Shown here: positions 20,220-29,959 of the stretch, piece after piece
Layout: each line of letters starts with the position of its first letter
How positions within the stretch are numbered: position 1 is the first letter of the stretch
Assembly: GCA_964202905.1 (NCBI GenBank)
Contig: CAXNJO010000002.1
Location: 352,001 to 416,000, forward strand
DNA length: 64,000 bases
Direction of reading: 5' to 3'
Source: Polyangiales bacterium
Lineage (GTDB): Bacteria; Myxococcota_A; Polyangia; Polyangiales; JADJQN01
The notes under the pieces: model-generated
What the model was told of the DNA's origin: nothing
What the model saw: only the letters and a program-made list of their open reading frames with translations
The model's database searches: none
Position numbers and translations under genes: made by a program

Positions 20220-21725
20220 ATGGCGAGGATACTCGGGCTCGATGTCGGCACGACCGCGGTACGCGGCGTCGTGCTGCGCACCGCGCTCCGCAAGGTCGAG
20301 ATCGAGCGGTACGTCGAGGCGCCGTATCCCCTGCCCGCAGAGGGCGGGAGCGAGGGCCCCGCGGCCCGCGCCGAGGCGCTCGCCGCGGCGGTGCGCGAGG
20401 TGCTTGCAGGGATCGGACGCGCGCCCGATGGCGTGGTCGTCGCGGTGCCCGGCGAGGACGCGTCGCTGCGCCCCATCGAGCTGCCCGCGGCGGTACAGAA
20501 GCGCATCGCGGACGTCCTGCCCTTCGAGCTCGAGGCGGTGCTGCCCTTCCCCGCGGAGGAGGCCGTCCTCGATCACCAGCTGATCGGGCGCGACGGCACG
20601 AAGCTCCGCGTGCTCGCCGCGGCCGCACCGAAGGCGCGCGTCGCGAGTCTGCTCGGCGAGCTCGCCGACGCGGGCGTCGTGCCGCAGGAGCTCGCGGTCG
20701 GCGCGGCCGCGCTCGACGGGCTCGTCGGGCTCGTGCCGGAGCTCGCCGGGCCCGGCCCGTACGTGTTGCTCGACGTCGGCGCGAACCACCTCGACGTGTG
20801 CGTGCTGCGCGACGGACGCACCGAGATCGCGCGCACCGTCGCGACGGGGACCGCGGGGCTCCCGCGCAACGAGGGCGAGTTGACGCGCGCGCTCGTGCAG
20901 ACGCTCGCGAGCTTCCGCGCGGGCGGCGCGACGGCGCCGGTGAAGGCGTTCGTGTGCGGCGGGGGCGCGCTCGTCGAGGGGTTGCTCCCGTGGCTCACCC
21001 CGCGCCTCGAGGGCGCCGAGATCGCGGTGCTCGCGCTGCCGGCGGCGCCAGGCGCGGACGAAGCGGTACGGCCGCTCTTCGGGCGCGCCGCGGCGCTCGC
21101 AGCGCGCACGCTGCTGAAGGGCAAGCGCCTCGATCTGCGGCAGGGCGAGTTCGCGCACCGCCGCACGATGGGCGCGCTCCGCGCGCAGGCGCCGCTGCTC
21201 GCGGTGTGCGCGGGCGCGGTGCTCCTCGCGTTCGTGTTCTCGACGTGGGCGAGCTACCGCATGCTCGACGAGCGGCGCGCGAGCCTCGCCGCGGAGCTCG
21301 AGCGCGTGACGCGTGACGCGTTCGGCGAGGCGACGAGCGACCCGGCGCGCGCGCGGCGGCTGCTCGCCGGGCGCACGGGCGCGCAGGATCCGCTGCCGCG
21401 CTTCGACGCCTTCGACGCGCTCGACGCGGTGACTGGCGCGATCCCGACGGACATCGTGCACGACGTGCGCCGGCTCGAGATCGAGATCGGCGCGGGCGAG
21501 CACGAGGGCAAGCTCGCGCTGCAGGGGACGCTCACGAACATCAGCGAGCGCGACCGCATCGTCGAGGCGCTGAAGACCCACGAGTGCTTCCACGAGCTCG
21601 AGGCCAAGCGCACGAGCCCCGCGACGGGGCAGGACCGCATCAACTACACCGTCGAGGCGGTGATCCACTGCGGCCCGCGCGCCGCGACCCCACGCAACGC
21701 AGCACGGAGGCGCGCCGGTGAGTAG
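20220..21725 (+). CDS. gspL: Type II secretion protein L (PilM-like cytoplasmic domain plus TM)
   Basis: ILGLDVG, LPFELEAVLPF, LDVG, DLRQGEF then TM; GAGGAG SD. Confidence 0.82.
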   Translation: MARILGLDVGTTAVRGVVLRTALRKVEIERYVEAPYPLPAEGGSEGPAARAEALAAAVREVLAGIGRAPDGVVVAVPGEDASLRPIELPAAVQKRIADVLPFELEAVLPFPAEEAVLDHQLIGRDGTKLRVLAAAAPKARVASLLGELADAGVVPQELAVGAAALDGLVGLVPELAGPGPYVLLDVGANHLDVCVLRDGRTEIARTVATGTAGLPRNEGELTRALVQTLASFRAGGATAPVKAFVCGGGALVEGLLPWLTPRLEGAEIAVLALPAAPGADEAVRPLFGRAAALAARTLLKGKRLDLRQGEFAHRRTMGALRAQAPLLAVCAGAVLLAFVFSTWASYRMLDERRASLAAELERVTRDAFGEATSDPARARRLLAGRTGAQDPLPRFDAFDALDAVTGAIPTDIVHDVRRLEIEIGAGEHEGKLALQGTLTNISERDRIVEALKTHECFHELEAKRTSPATGQDRINYTVEAVIHCGPRAATPRNAARRRAGE

Positions 21726-22329
21726 CCCCATCGATTCGCTCGGCCGCAGCTGGCAGGGCCTCAACGAGCGCGAGCGTCGGCTCGTCGGGTTACTCGGCCT
21801 GACGCTCGTCGGCCTCGTCGTCTTCGGGATCTTCTACCTCTCGCAGAGCGCGGTGAGCGACGTCGAGGAGGAGAGCGAGCAGCTCGAGTCCGCGCTCGCG
21901 GAGATCGGGCGTGCGCGCACGCGGCTCGAAGCGCGGGCGGCCGAGCGCGACGCCGCCGAGCGCCGCTACGCGACGAAGGCGCCGGCCCTCGGCAGCTTCG
22001 TCGAGGCGAGCGCGCGCGACAACCAGCTCACGCTCCGCGAGGTCGTCGATCAGCCCGACGAGGTGATGGGCCGCTACACGCGGCGCTCGGTGAACGTGCA
22101 GCTGCCCAACGTGAACCTGCGCCCCATCGTGGACCTGATGGCGAGCATCGAGAACAGCCCGTATCCCGTGGCGATCGAAGAGATCCAGGTCGAGCACTTC
22201 CAGTCCGGCGACCAGTACAACGTGAAGCTCGGCGTCGTCGCGTACGACCGCGCGGGCCCCGCTGCCGCGGGCCCGACGAAGAACGCCCCGACGCGCCCGG
22301 TGGTCGGCGCAGGACCCCCGCGCCCATGA
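21718..22329 (+). CDS. gspM: Type II secretion protein M
   Basis: WQGLNERERRLV followed by TM and coiled coil; operon position. Confidence 0.8.
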   Translation: MSSPIDSLGRSWQGLNERERRLVGLLGLTLVGLVVFGIFYLSQSAVSDVEEESEQLESALAEIGRARTRLEARAAERDAAERRYATKAPALGSFVEASARDNQLTLREVVDQPDEVMGRYTRRSVNVQLPNVNLRPIVDLMASIENSPYPVAIEEIQVEHFQSGDQYNVKLGVVAYDRAGPAAAGPTKNAPTRPVVGAGPPRP

Positions 22330-23351
22330 GCCCGACGACCCGTCAACGCCTGCTCGTCTGGCTCGGCTACCCGGCCTTCGCGGCCGTGAGCTTCGTCGTC
22401 GCCGCGTACCTGACCTTCCCCTACGACCGCCTCCGCGACTTCCTCATCCAAGAGATCGAGCGCCCCCGCGGGCCGGGCGGCGAGCGGCGCGACAGCGGCA
22501 TCCAGCTCGAGATCGCCGAGCTCTCGCCTTCGTTCTTCACGGGCGTCGACCTCGAGGGCGTGCGCCTCACGCGGCGCGCGGCGCCCTCCCCGCAGGCGCC
22601 CGCGGTGCCCGGGGCCGCGGACGACAAGCCGCTCGTCCTCGAGATCGACGCGCTCTCGGCGCGCATCTCGCTCCTCGCGCTGCTCGCGGGGACGAAGCAG
22701 GTCTCCTTCGATGCGGAGCTCGCGAACGGCACGATCGTGGGCGAGGTCGCGCTCAGCGAGGACGAGACGCGCATCGAGCTCGCGCTCGAAGACATCGAGT
22801 TGCGCCGACTCGCGGGCCCGTCGGCGCTGCTTGGCCTGCCCGTCACGGGCAAGCTCGGCGGCACCGTCGAGCTCACCGTCGGCAAGGAGCCGAGCGCGAC
22901 GAAGGGGGCCGTGGATCTCGCGGTCGAGGGCCTCGTGATCGGCGACGGCCGCGCGAAGTTGAAGCTCGAGGGGCTCGGCGCAGAGGGCCTCAGCGTCGGG
23001 CGCATCGAGTTCGGCAAGCTCGTCGTGCAGGCCGGCGTCGAGAACGGGCTCGCGCGTTTCACGAAGCTCGGCACCGAGGGCGGGCGCGACGTGACGCTGA
23101 CGGGCAGCGGCCAGGTGCGCCTCGTCCAGCCCCTGCGCGGCTCGCGCGTCGAGCTGCTCGTCGGCGTGAAGTTCGCCGACGCCTTCAAGACGCGCGACGC
23201 GCGCACGCGCGGGCTGTTCGCGATGCTCGACGTCGTGCCGCGGCTCCGCGCGGCGCGCACCGCCGACGGCGCGCTGCAGTGGCAGATCGCGGGCTCGCTC
23301 GCCGGGCCCTTCCGCCCGACGCCCGCCGGGGCGATGCGGCCCTCGCGCTAA
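22326..23351 (+). CDS. gspN: Type II secretion protein N
   Basis: N-terminal TM with YLTFPYDRL, beta-rich body; last gene of the operon. Confidence 0.8.
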   Translation: MSPTTRQRLLVWLGYPAFAAVSFVVAAYLTFPYDRLRDFLIQEIERPRGPGGERRDSGIQLEIAELSPSFFTGVDLEGVRLTRRAAPSPQAPAVPGAADDKPLVLEIDALSARISLLALLAGTKQVSFDAELANGTIVGEVALSEDETRIELALEDIELRRLAGPSALLGLPVTGKLGGTVELTVGKEPSATKGAVDLAVEGLVIGDGRAKLKLEGLGAEGLSVGRIEFGKLVVQAGVENGLARFTKLGTEGGRDVTLTGSGQVRLVQPLRGSRVELLVGVKFADAFKTRDARTRGLFAMLDVVPRLRAARTADGALQWQIAGSLAGPFRPTPAGAMRPSR

Positions 23352-23358
23352 ATCGCGG

Positions 23359-23387
23359 TTGAGCGCGCGAGCGCGCTCGCGTAGAGT
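23359..23387 (+). promoter_or_regulatory. Sigma70-type promoter giving a probably leaderless transcript
   Basis: TTGAGC-17 nt-TAGAGT, with the ATG 6 nt after the -10 element. Confidence 0.55.
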
Positions 23388-23393
23388 CGCGCC

Positions 23394-24302
23394 ATGCGAC
23401 CGCGCGCCTCCTCCCCGACGCACCGCCTCGCGATCCACGCGCTCTGCGCCTCGCTTCTCGCCGCCGTGTCGGCGTGCAGCGAGCGTGCGGCGGCGCCTCC
23501 TCGCATGCCCGAAGACGCCGGCCCGCCCGATCTCGGCGCACCGGACCTCGGGCCGCCCGACCTCGGCCCGCCCGACTTCGGTCCGCCGCCGGATCTCGGC
23601 CCGCCGCCCGGCGACGTGCACGTCGTGATCACCGCCGACAACGCGTACAGCTTCGCGTACGGCACCGCCGACACGATCGACACCTTTGTCCGCGGCTCGC
23701 GGGCGATGCTGGCGGGAGAGATCTTCAACTGCCCCGTGGGCAATGGCCCCGAGGCGTACACCGTGCCCGCGGCCTCGGCGCCTCCGGGCGCGTACCTCTA
23801 CATCGTCACGTGGGACGACCTCGCGGTGCTGCAGGGCGTGCTCGGCGAGTTCGAGCGCGACGGCAGCTTCGTCTACACGGGCGACGCGCGCTTCGAGGTC
23901 TGCGCGACGGGCGTCGACTACGCGCGCGCAGGGGCGGGGATCGACCCGCTGCTCGGACCGACGGAAGAGGCCGTCGAGGCGGAGATCGCGCGCTGCAACG
24001 CGGGCGAGCGGCGCCCCCGACACCGACGAGCCGCGGCTGGGTCGATCTCATGGGCCCCGTGACGGCGGACGCGCTCGGCACCCTCGCGGTCGGCGAGGCG
24101 AACGACCCGACGCCCGGACGGTGAGTTCCCGCCCGTGTGCGCGGGCGACGCGACGACGCCGGGCGTCGACGAGCGAGGCGCGCTGGATGTGGTACGCGCC
24201 GCCGGGTCACACCGGCTCGGCGTTCCGGTCGACCGGCGAGCAACATCTTACCGAACCTTCCTGATCTTCCGGCTGCCCGCCGACGAGATCATCCTCATCT
24301 GA
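23394..24302 (+). CDS. Lipoprotein with (PPDLG)n tether; 3' part broken by several frameshifts
   Basis: LLAAVSA|C lipobox; VVITADNAY. Coding-like segments continue across frames (SRGWVDLMG, EFPPVC, ARWMWY, FLIFRLPADEIILI) to TGA at 24300-24302. Confidence 0.6.
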
Positions 24303-24326
24303 CCGCGCGGCGAGGGAGACGACGGA

Positions 24327-24350
24327 GCGACTGAATCACCATTCAGTCGC
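24327..24350. repeat. Perfect 10-bp inverted repeat between convergent genes
   Basis: GCGACTGAAT-cacc-ATTCAGTCGC; related copies at 16215-16233 and 29944-29967. Confidence 0.7.
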
Positions 24351-24367
24351 GCACCGCCGCCTGAGGC

Positions 24368-25522
24368 TCACGCAGGCGAATGCGGCTCGCTCGGTGACTC
24401 CGGCGCCCAATGCGTCGCCGCGAGCATCCCGCACGCCGCGTGGCGTGCGCCGCCTCCCGAATAGCGGCGCACGAGCGGCACGCCGAGCACGCCGAGCCGA
24501 TCGAGGAAGGCCTTGAGCTCCTCGGGCTCGGCGCGGCGGAAGCCGTCTTCGCGCGCGTCGTTCACGTCGATCAGGTTCACGCGGAGCCGCAGATCGCCGA
24601 GCAGCGCGCCGAGCGCCTCGACCTCGTCGGCGCCCGTGTTCACGCCCGCCATCACGACCCACGCGACCGTGACGCGGCCCTTCGCGACCTCGGCGTACTC
24701 GCGGATCGCCGAGGCGAGGTCGGCGAGCGCGAAGCGCCCCGCGACGGGCAGGAGGGCGCGGCGCTTGTCGGCGAGCGCGCTCGTGAGCGAGACGATGAGC
24801 CGGTAGCGGTGCCCTTCGCGCGCGAAGCGCCGGATCTGCGCGACGAGCCCGACCGTGCTGATCGTGATCGCGTCCGCGGAGATGCGACCGCCGCACGGAT
24901 CGCTGAGCACCGAGGCCGCGCGCAGGACCGCGTCGTAGTTGTGGAAGGGCTCGCCCTGCCCCTGGAACACGACGCCCGCGACGCGCCCCGGCGCCTCGTC
25001 GCGCACCTGCAGGAGCGCGTCGACCATCTCCCACGCGGCGAGGTTGCGCGTGAGCCCGAGGCGGCCCGTCGCGCAGAACGTGCAACCCATCGCGCAGCCG
25101 ACCTGCGAGGAGAGGCACACGGTGAAGCGGCCGGGCGCGTGCAGCGGGATGCGCACGGCCTCGGTGAGCGCGCCGTCCGGCGAGCGGAAGAGGTACTTCA
25201 CGAAGCCGTCGCCCGGGTCCGTGACGCGCTCGAGGATCTCGAGGCGATCGAACGCGAGCGTCGCCTCGAGCGCTTCGCGTTTCGCGCGGGCGAGCGGGCG
25301 CCGCGAAGGCGGTCGCGTGCCAGGGACGTGCGACAGGTGCTCGGCGAGGTAGCGGCGCGCCTCATCGTCGCGCAGCGCGAGGCCGCGCGACGCCGCGTGC
25401 GCGACGAGATCCGGAGGCCGCATGCCGAAGAGGTGCGGCAGACCGCGCACCTCGCGCGGGCCGAGCACGCCCGCGGGCGGGAGCTCCGGGAGCGGACCGT
25501 CGCTGCCCTCCGCGGCGCCCAT
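24368..25522 (-). CDS. RlmN/Cfr-family radical SAM methyltransferase (divergent paralog)
   Basis: TVCLSSQVGCAMGCTFCATG, FQGQGEP, ITISTVG, VNLI and AACG. Confidence 0.88.
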   Translation of the reverse strand: MGAAEGSDGPLPELPPAGVLGPREVRGLPHLFGMRPPDLVAHAASRGLALRDDEARRYLAEHLSHVPGTRPPSRRPLARAKREALEATLAFDRLEILERVTDPGDGFVKYLFRSPDGALTEAVRIPLHAPGRFTVCLSSQVGCAMGCTFCATGRLGLTRNLAAWEMVDALLQVRDEAPGRVAGVVFQGQGEPFHNYDAVLRAASVLSDPCGGRISADAITISTVGLVAQIRRFAREGHRYRLIVSLTSALADKRRALLPVAGRFALADLASAIREYAEVAKGRVTVAWVVMAGVNTGADEVEALGALLGDLRLRVNLIDVNDAREDGFRRAEPEELKAFLDRLGVLGVPLVRRYSGGGARHAACGMLAATHWAPESPSEPHSPA

Positions 25523-25530
25523 CGCGCCCG

Positions 25531-26655
25531 TCAGCGTCGCTCGTCGGCGCGCATCGCGTCGAGTCGGTCGTAGTGGCGGTAGCCGAGCTTCGCGAGGGCG
25601 CTCTGCGGCGCGAGCCCGATGTCCACGAGCGTCTTCAGCGCGTAGGTGCCGGCGAGCACGGGCGGCGCGTAGGCGCGGACGGCCTCGGGCGAGCGGAAGC
25701 GCTCGAGCGGGAAGAGCAGGCGATCCGAGTGCATGTGCATGAAGTGCGCGCTCGAGAGGCGCGACCAGCCGGCCACGCCGGGCGCCGTGACCACGTGCGG
25801 CGTCGCGAGGAAAGCGCCGCCCGTGAGGATCTCGAGCTGCTGGCCGACCTGCGCGATGACGCAGCCCTTCGGCGCGGTGCCGCGCACCTTCAGGCCATTC
25901 GGCGCGTCGGGCAGCGGGCGGGTGCGCAGGTAGAGGCCGCTCTCGTCATCGGGCGCGCCGGCGGCGGCGCCGCTCGGGTCGAAGAAGCGGCCGCCGGGGA
26001 GCAGCGTGAGGAGGTTGAAGTCGGTGTGCTCCTCGCCCCAGACGAGCCCCGTGCCGACCTGCTCGGGCGCGAGCGGCAGGTAGTTGAGCACGCGCGTGAT
26101 GTGCGGGCCCTTCTCGCAGAGCGCGGTGAAGGTCTCGGCCGGGAGATCGAGCGCGAGCGCGGAGCCGCGGAGCAGCGCGGTGCCCGCCTCGTGCAGCTGC
26201 CGACCGAGCGCGACGAAGCCCTCGCGGAAGAAGGACGGCGCGTCGTCGGGCCAGACGTTCTCGGGGTAGAGCTCGGGGTACGCGAGCGCGCTCGCCGCGT
26301 CGTTGTCGAAGGGCGTGACGAAGAAGCACTCCTTGAAGTCGGGCTGACCGCCGCCGGCGACCGCGATCTCCGTGTTCGGAGGCGTCCAGCCGCGCTGGTA
26401 CCAGAGGTCGGGGCGCGCGTACGGGCGCTTCGCGCTCTCGGGGCGCGCGACGAACGCGCGGAACGCGTCGTAGAAGCGCTCGAGCGCCGCGAGATCGACC
26501 GGGTGGTTGCGGATGTAGACGAGCCCGTACGTGCCGAAGGCCTCGCGCAGCGCCGCGGCGCCACGCGCGAGGGCCGCGGGGTCGGCGGAGACGAGGTCCT
26601 CGAGGTCGACGGTGGGGATGTTCATGGGGGCGGAGGTGGGGTTCTCAGCGGTCAC
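25531..26655 (-). CDS. Isopenicillin N synthase-like 2OG-Fe(II) oxygenase
   Basis: IPTVDL, RGW...E, DFKE, RVLNY, HTD, H...RLS. Confidence 0.88.
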   Translation of the reverse strand: MTAENPTSAPMNIPTVDLEDLVSADPAALARGAAALREAFGTYGLVYIRNHPVDLAALERFYDAFRAFVARPESAKRPYARPDLWYQRGWTPPNTEIAVAGGGQPDFKECFFVTPFDNDAASALAYPELYPENVWPDDAPSFFREGFVALGRQLHEAGTALLRGSALALDLPAETFTALCEKGPHITRVLNYLPLAPEQVGTGLVWGEEHTDFNLLTLLPGGRFFDPSGAAAGAPDDESGLYLRTRPLPDAPNGLKVRGTAPKGCVIAQVGQQLEILTGGAFLATPHVVTAPGVAGWSRLSSAHFMHMHSDRLLFPLERFRSPEAVRAYAPPVLAGTYALKTLVDIGLAPQSALAKLGYRHYDRLDAMRADERR

Positions 26656-26712
26656 GGCGGTGCGTCGCGGTGTACATGGCGCGCGCGCGCCGCGTCAATC
26701 GCCGCCCCGCAC

Positions 26713-27183
26713 GCGGCGCTCGGCTACGCCTCGCTGCGGCGCGCCCCGGAGCCGCGGCGGCAGCACTCGGCGGCGCTCGAGGTCGTCGTCGCGCCCGGCG
26801 CGCAGGGCCGCGGCGTCGGAGGCGCGCTGGTCGATGCCGCGCTCGCGCTCGGCGAGCGTTGGCTGCACGTGCTGCGCGTCGAGGTCGTGGTGCAGGTCGA
26901 CGACCTGCGTGCGATCGCGCTCTGCCGCGCGCGCGGCTTCACGATCGAGGGCGTCGCACGCGCCCACGCGCTGCGCGACGGCACGCCCGTCGACGCCTGC
27001 CGCATGGCGCGGCTCGGCCCCGCGCTGCCCTACGCGCGCCTCACCGCGGAGGAGGCCGCGTCGCGCCAGCCACCCGCGCTCCCGCGGACGCCTACCGGAC
27101 CCAAGCGCGGCGCGCCCGGCGGCGGCCCACACGGCGTGACGGGGCGTGGCGGCGGCTGGGGGCCGCGCGGCGGACAGGCCTGA
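26713..27183 (+). pseudogene. 5'-truncated GNAT acetyltransferase (YhhY/AaaT-like)
   Basis: PRRQHSA...QGRGVGGAL...WLHVLRVEVVV...GFTIEG...ALRDG..VD...MAR. No in-frame start precedes these motifs and the N-terminal part is absent. Confidence 0.6.
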
Positions 27184-27250
27184 TCGCCCACAAAAACAGG
27201 CTTTGACGCGGGTTGCGGGGTGGCGCGGAGTCCCACGCGACGCCGCAGCG

Positions 27251-27351
27251 CGCAGCGACCGAGGCAGCGCGCGCCGTGTGGACCGCCGCGCGCGGCGCAG
27301 CGACCGCGGCGCGCAGCGGCGCAGAGCGCGCCTTGTTGACCGCCGCGCGCG
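27251..27351 (+). repeat. Imperfect tandem direct repeat upstream of the photolyase gene
   Basis: CGCAGCGACCG...GCGCGCC-TGT-GACCGCCGCGCGCG occurs twice in tandem. Confidence 0.5.
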
Positions 27352-27369
27352 CCCCCAGATGGGGACGCG

Positions 27370-29065
27370 GTGAAGACCTTCCTGCGCGCGCTCGCCGAGC
27401 GACGCACGGATCCCGCGCGGCGGCGCTGGGTCTACGTGCCCTACGATCAGCTCTCGGAGGCGATCGGCCCGCTCGCCCGCGAGGCGCCCGCGGACCTCGG
27501 CATCGTCCTGGTCGAGGCGCCCCGCAAGGCCGCCCGGCGCCCGTACCACCGGCAGAAGCTCGCGTTCGTGCTCGCCAACCAGCGGCACTTCGCGCTCGAG
27601 CAGGCGGAGCGTGGCGTCGCGGTGCGTTACGTCGTCGCGGACGGCGCGTACGCCGACGCCCTCGCGCCCCTCGCCGCCGAGCTCGGCCCGCTCCGCGTGA
27701 TGGAGCCGGCGGAGCGCGAGCTGCGCGCCGACCTCGCGCCGCTCGTCGCGGATGGTCGCCTCGCGGTGCTGCCGCACGAGGGCTGGCTGAGCACGCGCGC
27801 CGACTTCCTCGAGGCCGTCGGGCCGAACCCGCCCTGGCGCATGGACGCGTTCTACCGCCACGCCCGCCGCCGCACCGGGCTGCTCATGGACGAGCGCGGC
27901 GAGCCCGAGGGCGGCCGCCTCAGCTTCGACGCGGAGAACCGCCGCGCGTGGCCCGGCACGCCCGCGGCGCCGACGCCGCCGCGCTATGCGCCGGACGCCA
28001 TCACCGAGGAGGTGGGCGCCCTCGTCGAGGCGCGCTTCGCCGCGCACCCGGGCACGCTCGATCTCGGCGCCCTCCCCGCGACCGCGGCCGACGCCGAGCG
28101 CGCGTGGGACTGGGCGCTCGCGCGAGTGCCTGCACGCACTTCGGGCCGTTCGAGGACGCGATGTCCGCGCGCTCGAGCGCGGCTCTTCCACACGCGCATC
28201 TCCGCCGCTGTTCAACCTCGCACCGCCTGCTGCCGCGCCGCGTGGTCGCGGACGTCGCGCGCGACCGCTCTCCCGCTCGCGAGCCGCGAGGGCTTCATCC
28301 GCCAAATCCTCGGCTGGCGCGAGTTCGTGCGGCACGTGCACGCCGAGCACAGACGGCCTGCGCCGCATCCCCGCGCTGCGGGGCGCACGCGCCGCGTCCC
28401 CCGCGAGCGCAGCGCAGGCGAGCACGACGACGCGACCGAGCACCCACCACACCCTCTCACACGATGGCGTCGATGAGGGCGCGAACCCCTCGGCGCTCGG
28501 CGCGCGCGAGCCGCTTCCGCCCGCGTTCTGGGGTACGGCCTCTGGGCTGCACTGCCTCGACACCGTCGTCGCGGACGTGTGGCGCGAGGGCTACGGCCAC
28601 CACATCACGCGGCTCATGGTGCTCGCGAACCTCGGCACCCTGCTCGCGATCGATCCGCGCGCGCTCACCGACTGGTTCTGGGTCGCCTACGCGGACGCGT
28701 ACGACTGGGTCGTCGAGCCGAACGTCCTCGGCATGGGCACGTTCGCGACGGGCGAGTTGATGACGACCAAGCCGTACGTCTCGGGCGCCGCGTACATCGC
28801 CCGCATGAGCGACTACTGCGACGGCTGCGCGTTCGACCCCGCGCGGACGTGCCCGGTGACGCGGCTCTACTGGGCGTTTCTCGCGCGCAACGCGGGCGCG
28901 CTCGGGCGCAACCCGCGCGTCGCGGGGCCGGTGTCCGCCGCGCTCCGGCGCAGCGACGCGGAGCGCGCGGAGGACCAGCGCGTCCACGCCCTCGTGCGCG
29001 ACACGCTCGCGCGCGGCGAACGTCTCGTCCCGGCGACGCTGCGCAAACCAGGGGCGGCACCGTGA
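27370..29065 (+). CDS. FeS cryptochrome/photolyase (PhrB/CryB-like), frameshifted at about 28120-28460
   Basis: PYDQL, HRQKL, MDAFYR, SFDAENR, FGPFEDAM, EGFIRQILGWREF, GYGHHITRLM, YADAYDWV, TKPYVSG, MSDYCDGC...C, spread over three frames. Confidence 0.85.
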
Positions 29066-29098
29066 GCGGTGCGCGCCGCGAACACCCGCGGAGCGCGC

Positions 29099-29917
29099 AT
29101 GCCTGAGGGGCATACGCTGCACCGCCTCGCGCTCGATCACCGCGCCCTGCTTGTGGGGCGCGCGGTCGAGGCCTGCTCGCCGCAGGGCCGCTTCGACGAG
29201 GGCGCGGCGCTCCTCGACGGGCGGCGCGCGCTCGCCGTCGAGGCGCACGGCAAGCACCTGTTCTACGACTTCGAGGACGGCCTCATCCTGCACGTGCACC
29301 TCGGGCTCTTCGGACGCTTCCGCCGCACGCCCCGGGCCGCGCCGACGCCGCGCGGCGCCGTGCGCCTGCGCATGCAGGTCCCCGGCGCCTGCCTCGAGCT
29401 GAGCGGCCCGACGGCCTGCACGCTGGTCTCCGACGCGGAGCGCGCCGAGCTCTGCGCGCGGCTCGGTCCGGACCTGCTGCGCGACGACGCCGACCCCGCG
29501 CTCGCCTGGGCGCGCGTCGCGAAGTCGCGGCGCGCGATCGGCGCGCTGCTGCTCGATCAGTCGATCCTCTCCGGCGTCGGCAACGTCTACCGCGCCGAGG
29601 GCCTCTTCGTGACGGGGCTGCACCCCGAGACGCCCGGGAACGCGCTTCGCAAGGCCGACTTCACGCGCCTCTGGGAGACGCTGCGCGCGATGCTGCAGAA
29701 GGGCGTCCGCGATCGACGCATCGTGACGGTGGCGCACCCCGAGAAGAGCGCCGCGCGCGTGCGCCGCGGCGAGCGGACGTTTGTGTACGGGCAGTCGCAC
29801 TGTCGCCGCTGCGAGGGCCCCGTCGAGCGCTCCGTGCTGGCCGCGCGGACCATGTACGCGTGCCCCGCCTGCCAGCCGCGCGACGCGAAACCCAAGCGCG
29901 CGCGACGCGCGGAATGA
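29099..29917 (+). CDS. Fpg/Nei family DNA glycosylase (endonuclease VIII-like)
   Basis: MPEG N-terminus, HGKHL, HLGLFG, LGPD, H2TH LLDQSILSGVGNVYRAE, zinc finger CRRC...CPAC. Confidence 0.92.
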   Translation: MPEGHTLHRLALDHRALLVGRAVEACSPQGRFDEGAALLDGRRALAVEAHGKHLFYDFEDGLILHVHLGLFGRFRRTPRAAPTPRGAVRLRMQVPGACLELSGPTACTLVSDAERAELCARLGPDLLRDDADPALAWARVAKSRRAIGALLLDQSILSGVGNVYRAEGLFVTGLHPETPGNALRKADFTRLWETLRAMLQKGVRDRRIVTVAHPEKSAARVRRGERTFVYGQSHCRRCEGPVERSVLAARTMYACPACQPRDAKPKRARRAE

Positions 29918-29959
29918 CGCCGCTGCGGGGATGAGCGCGCCGCGCGACTGAATGACGAT

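Noticed and set aside
8874..23351. Type IV pilus or Tad/Kil apparatus
   Set aside because: Gene order C-D-E-F-G-H-I-J-K-L-M-N, a PDZ-bearing GspC and GspK, with no pilT or tad genes, fits T2SS.
28120..28460. Programmed frameshifting or diversity-generating region
   Set aside because: There are too many scattered single-base shifts, no slippery heptamer, no reverse transcriptase and no template repeat; sequencing error is simpler.
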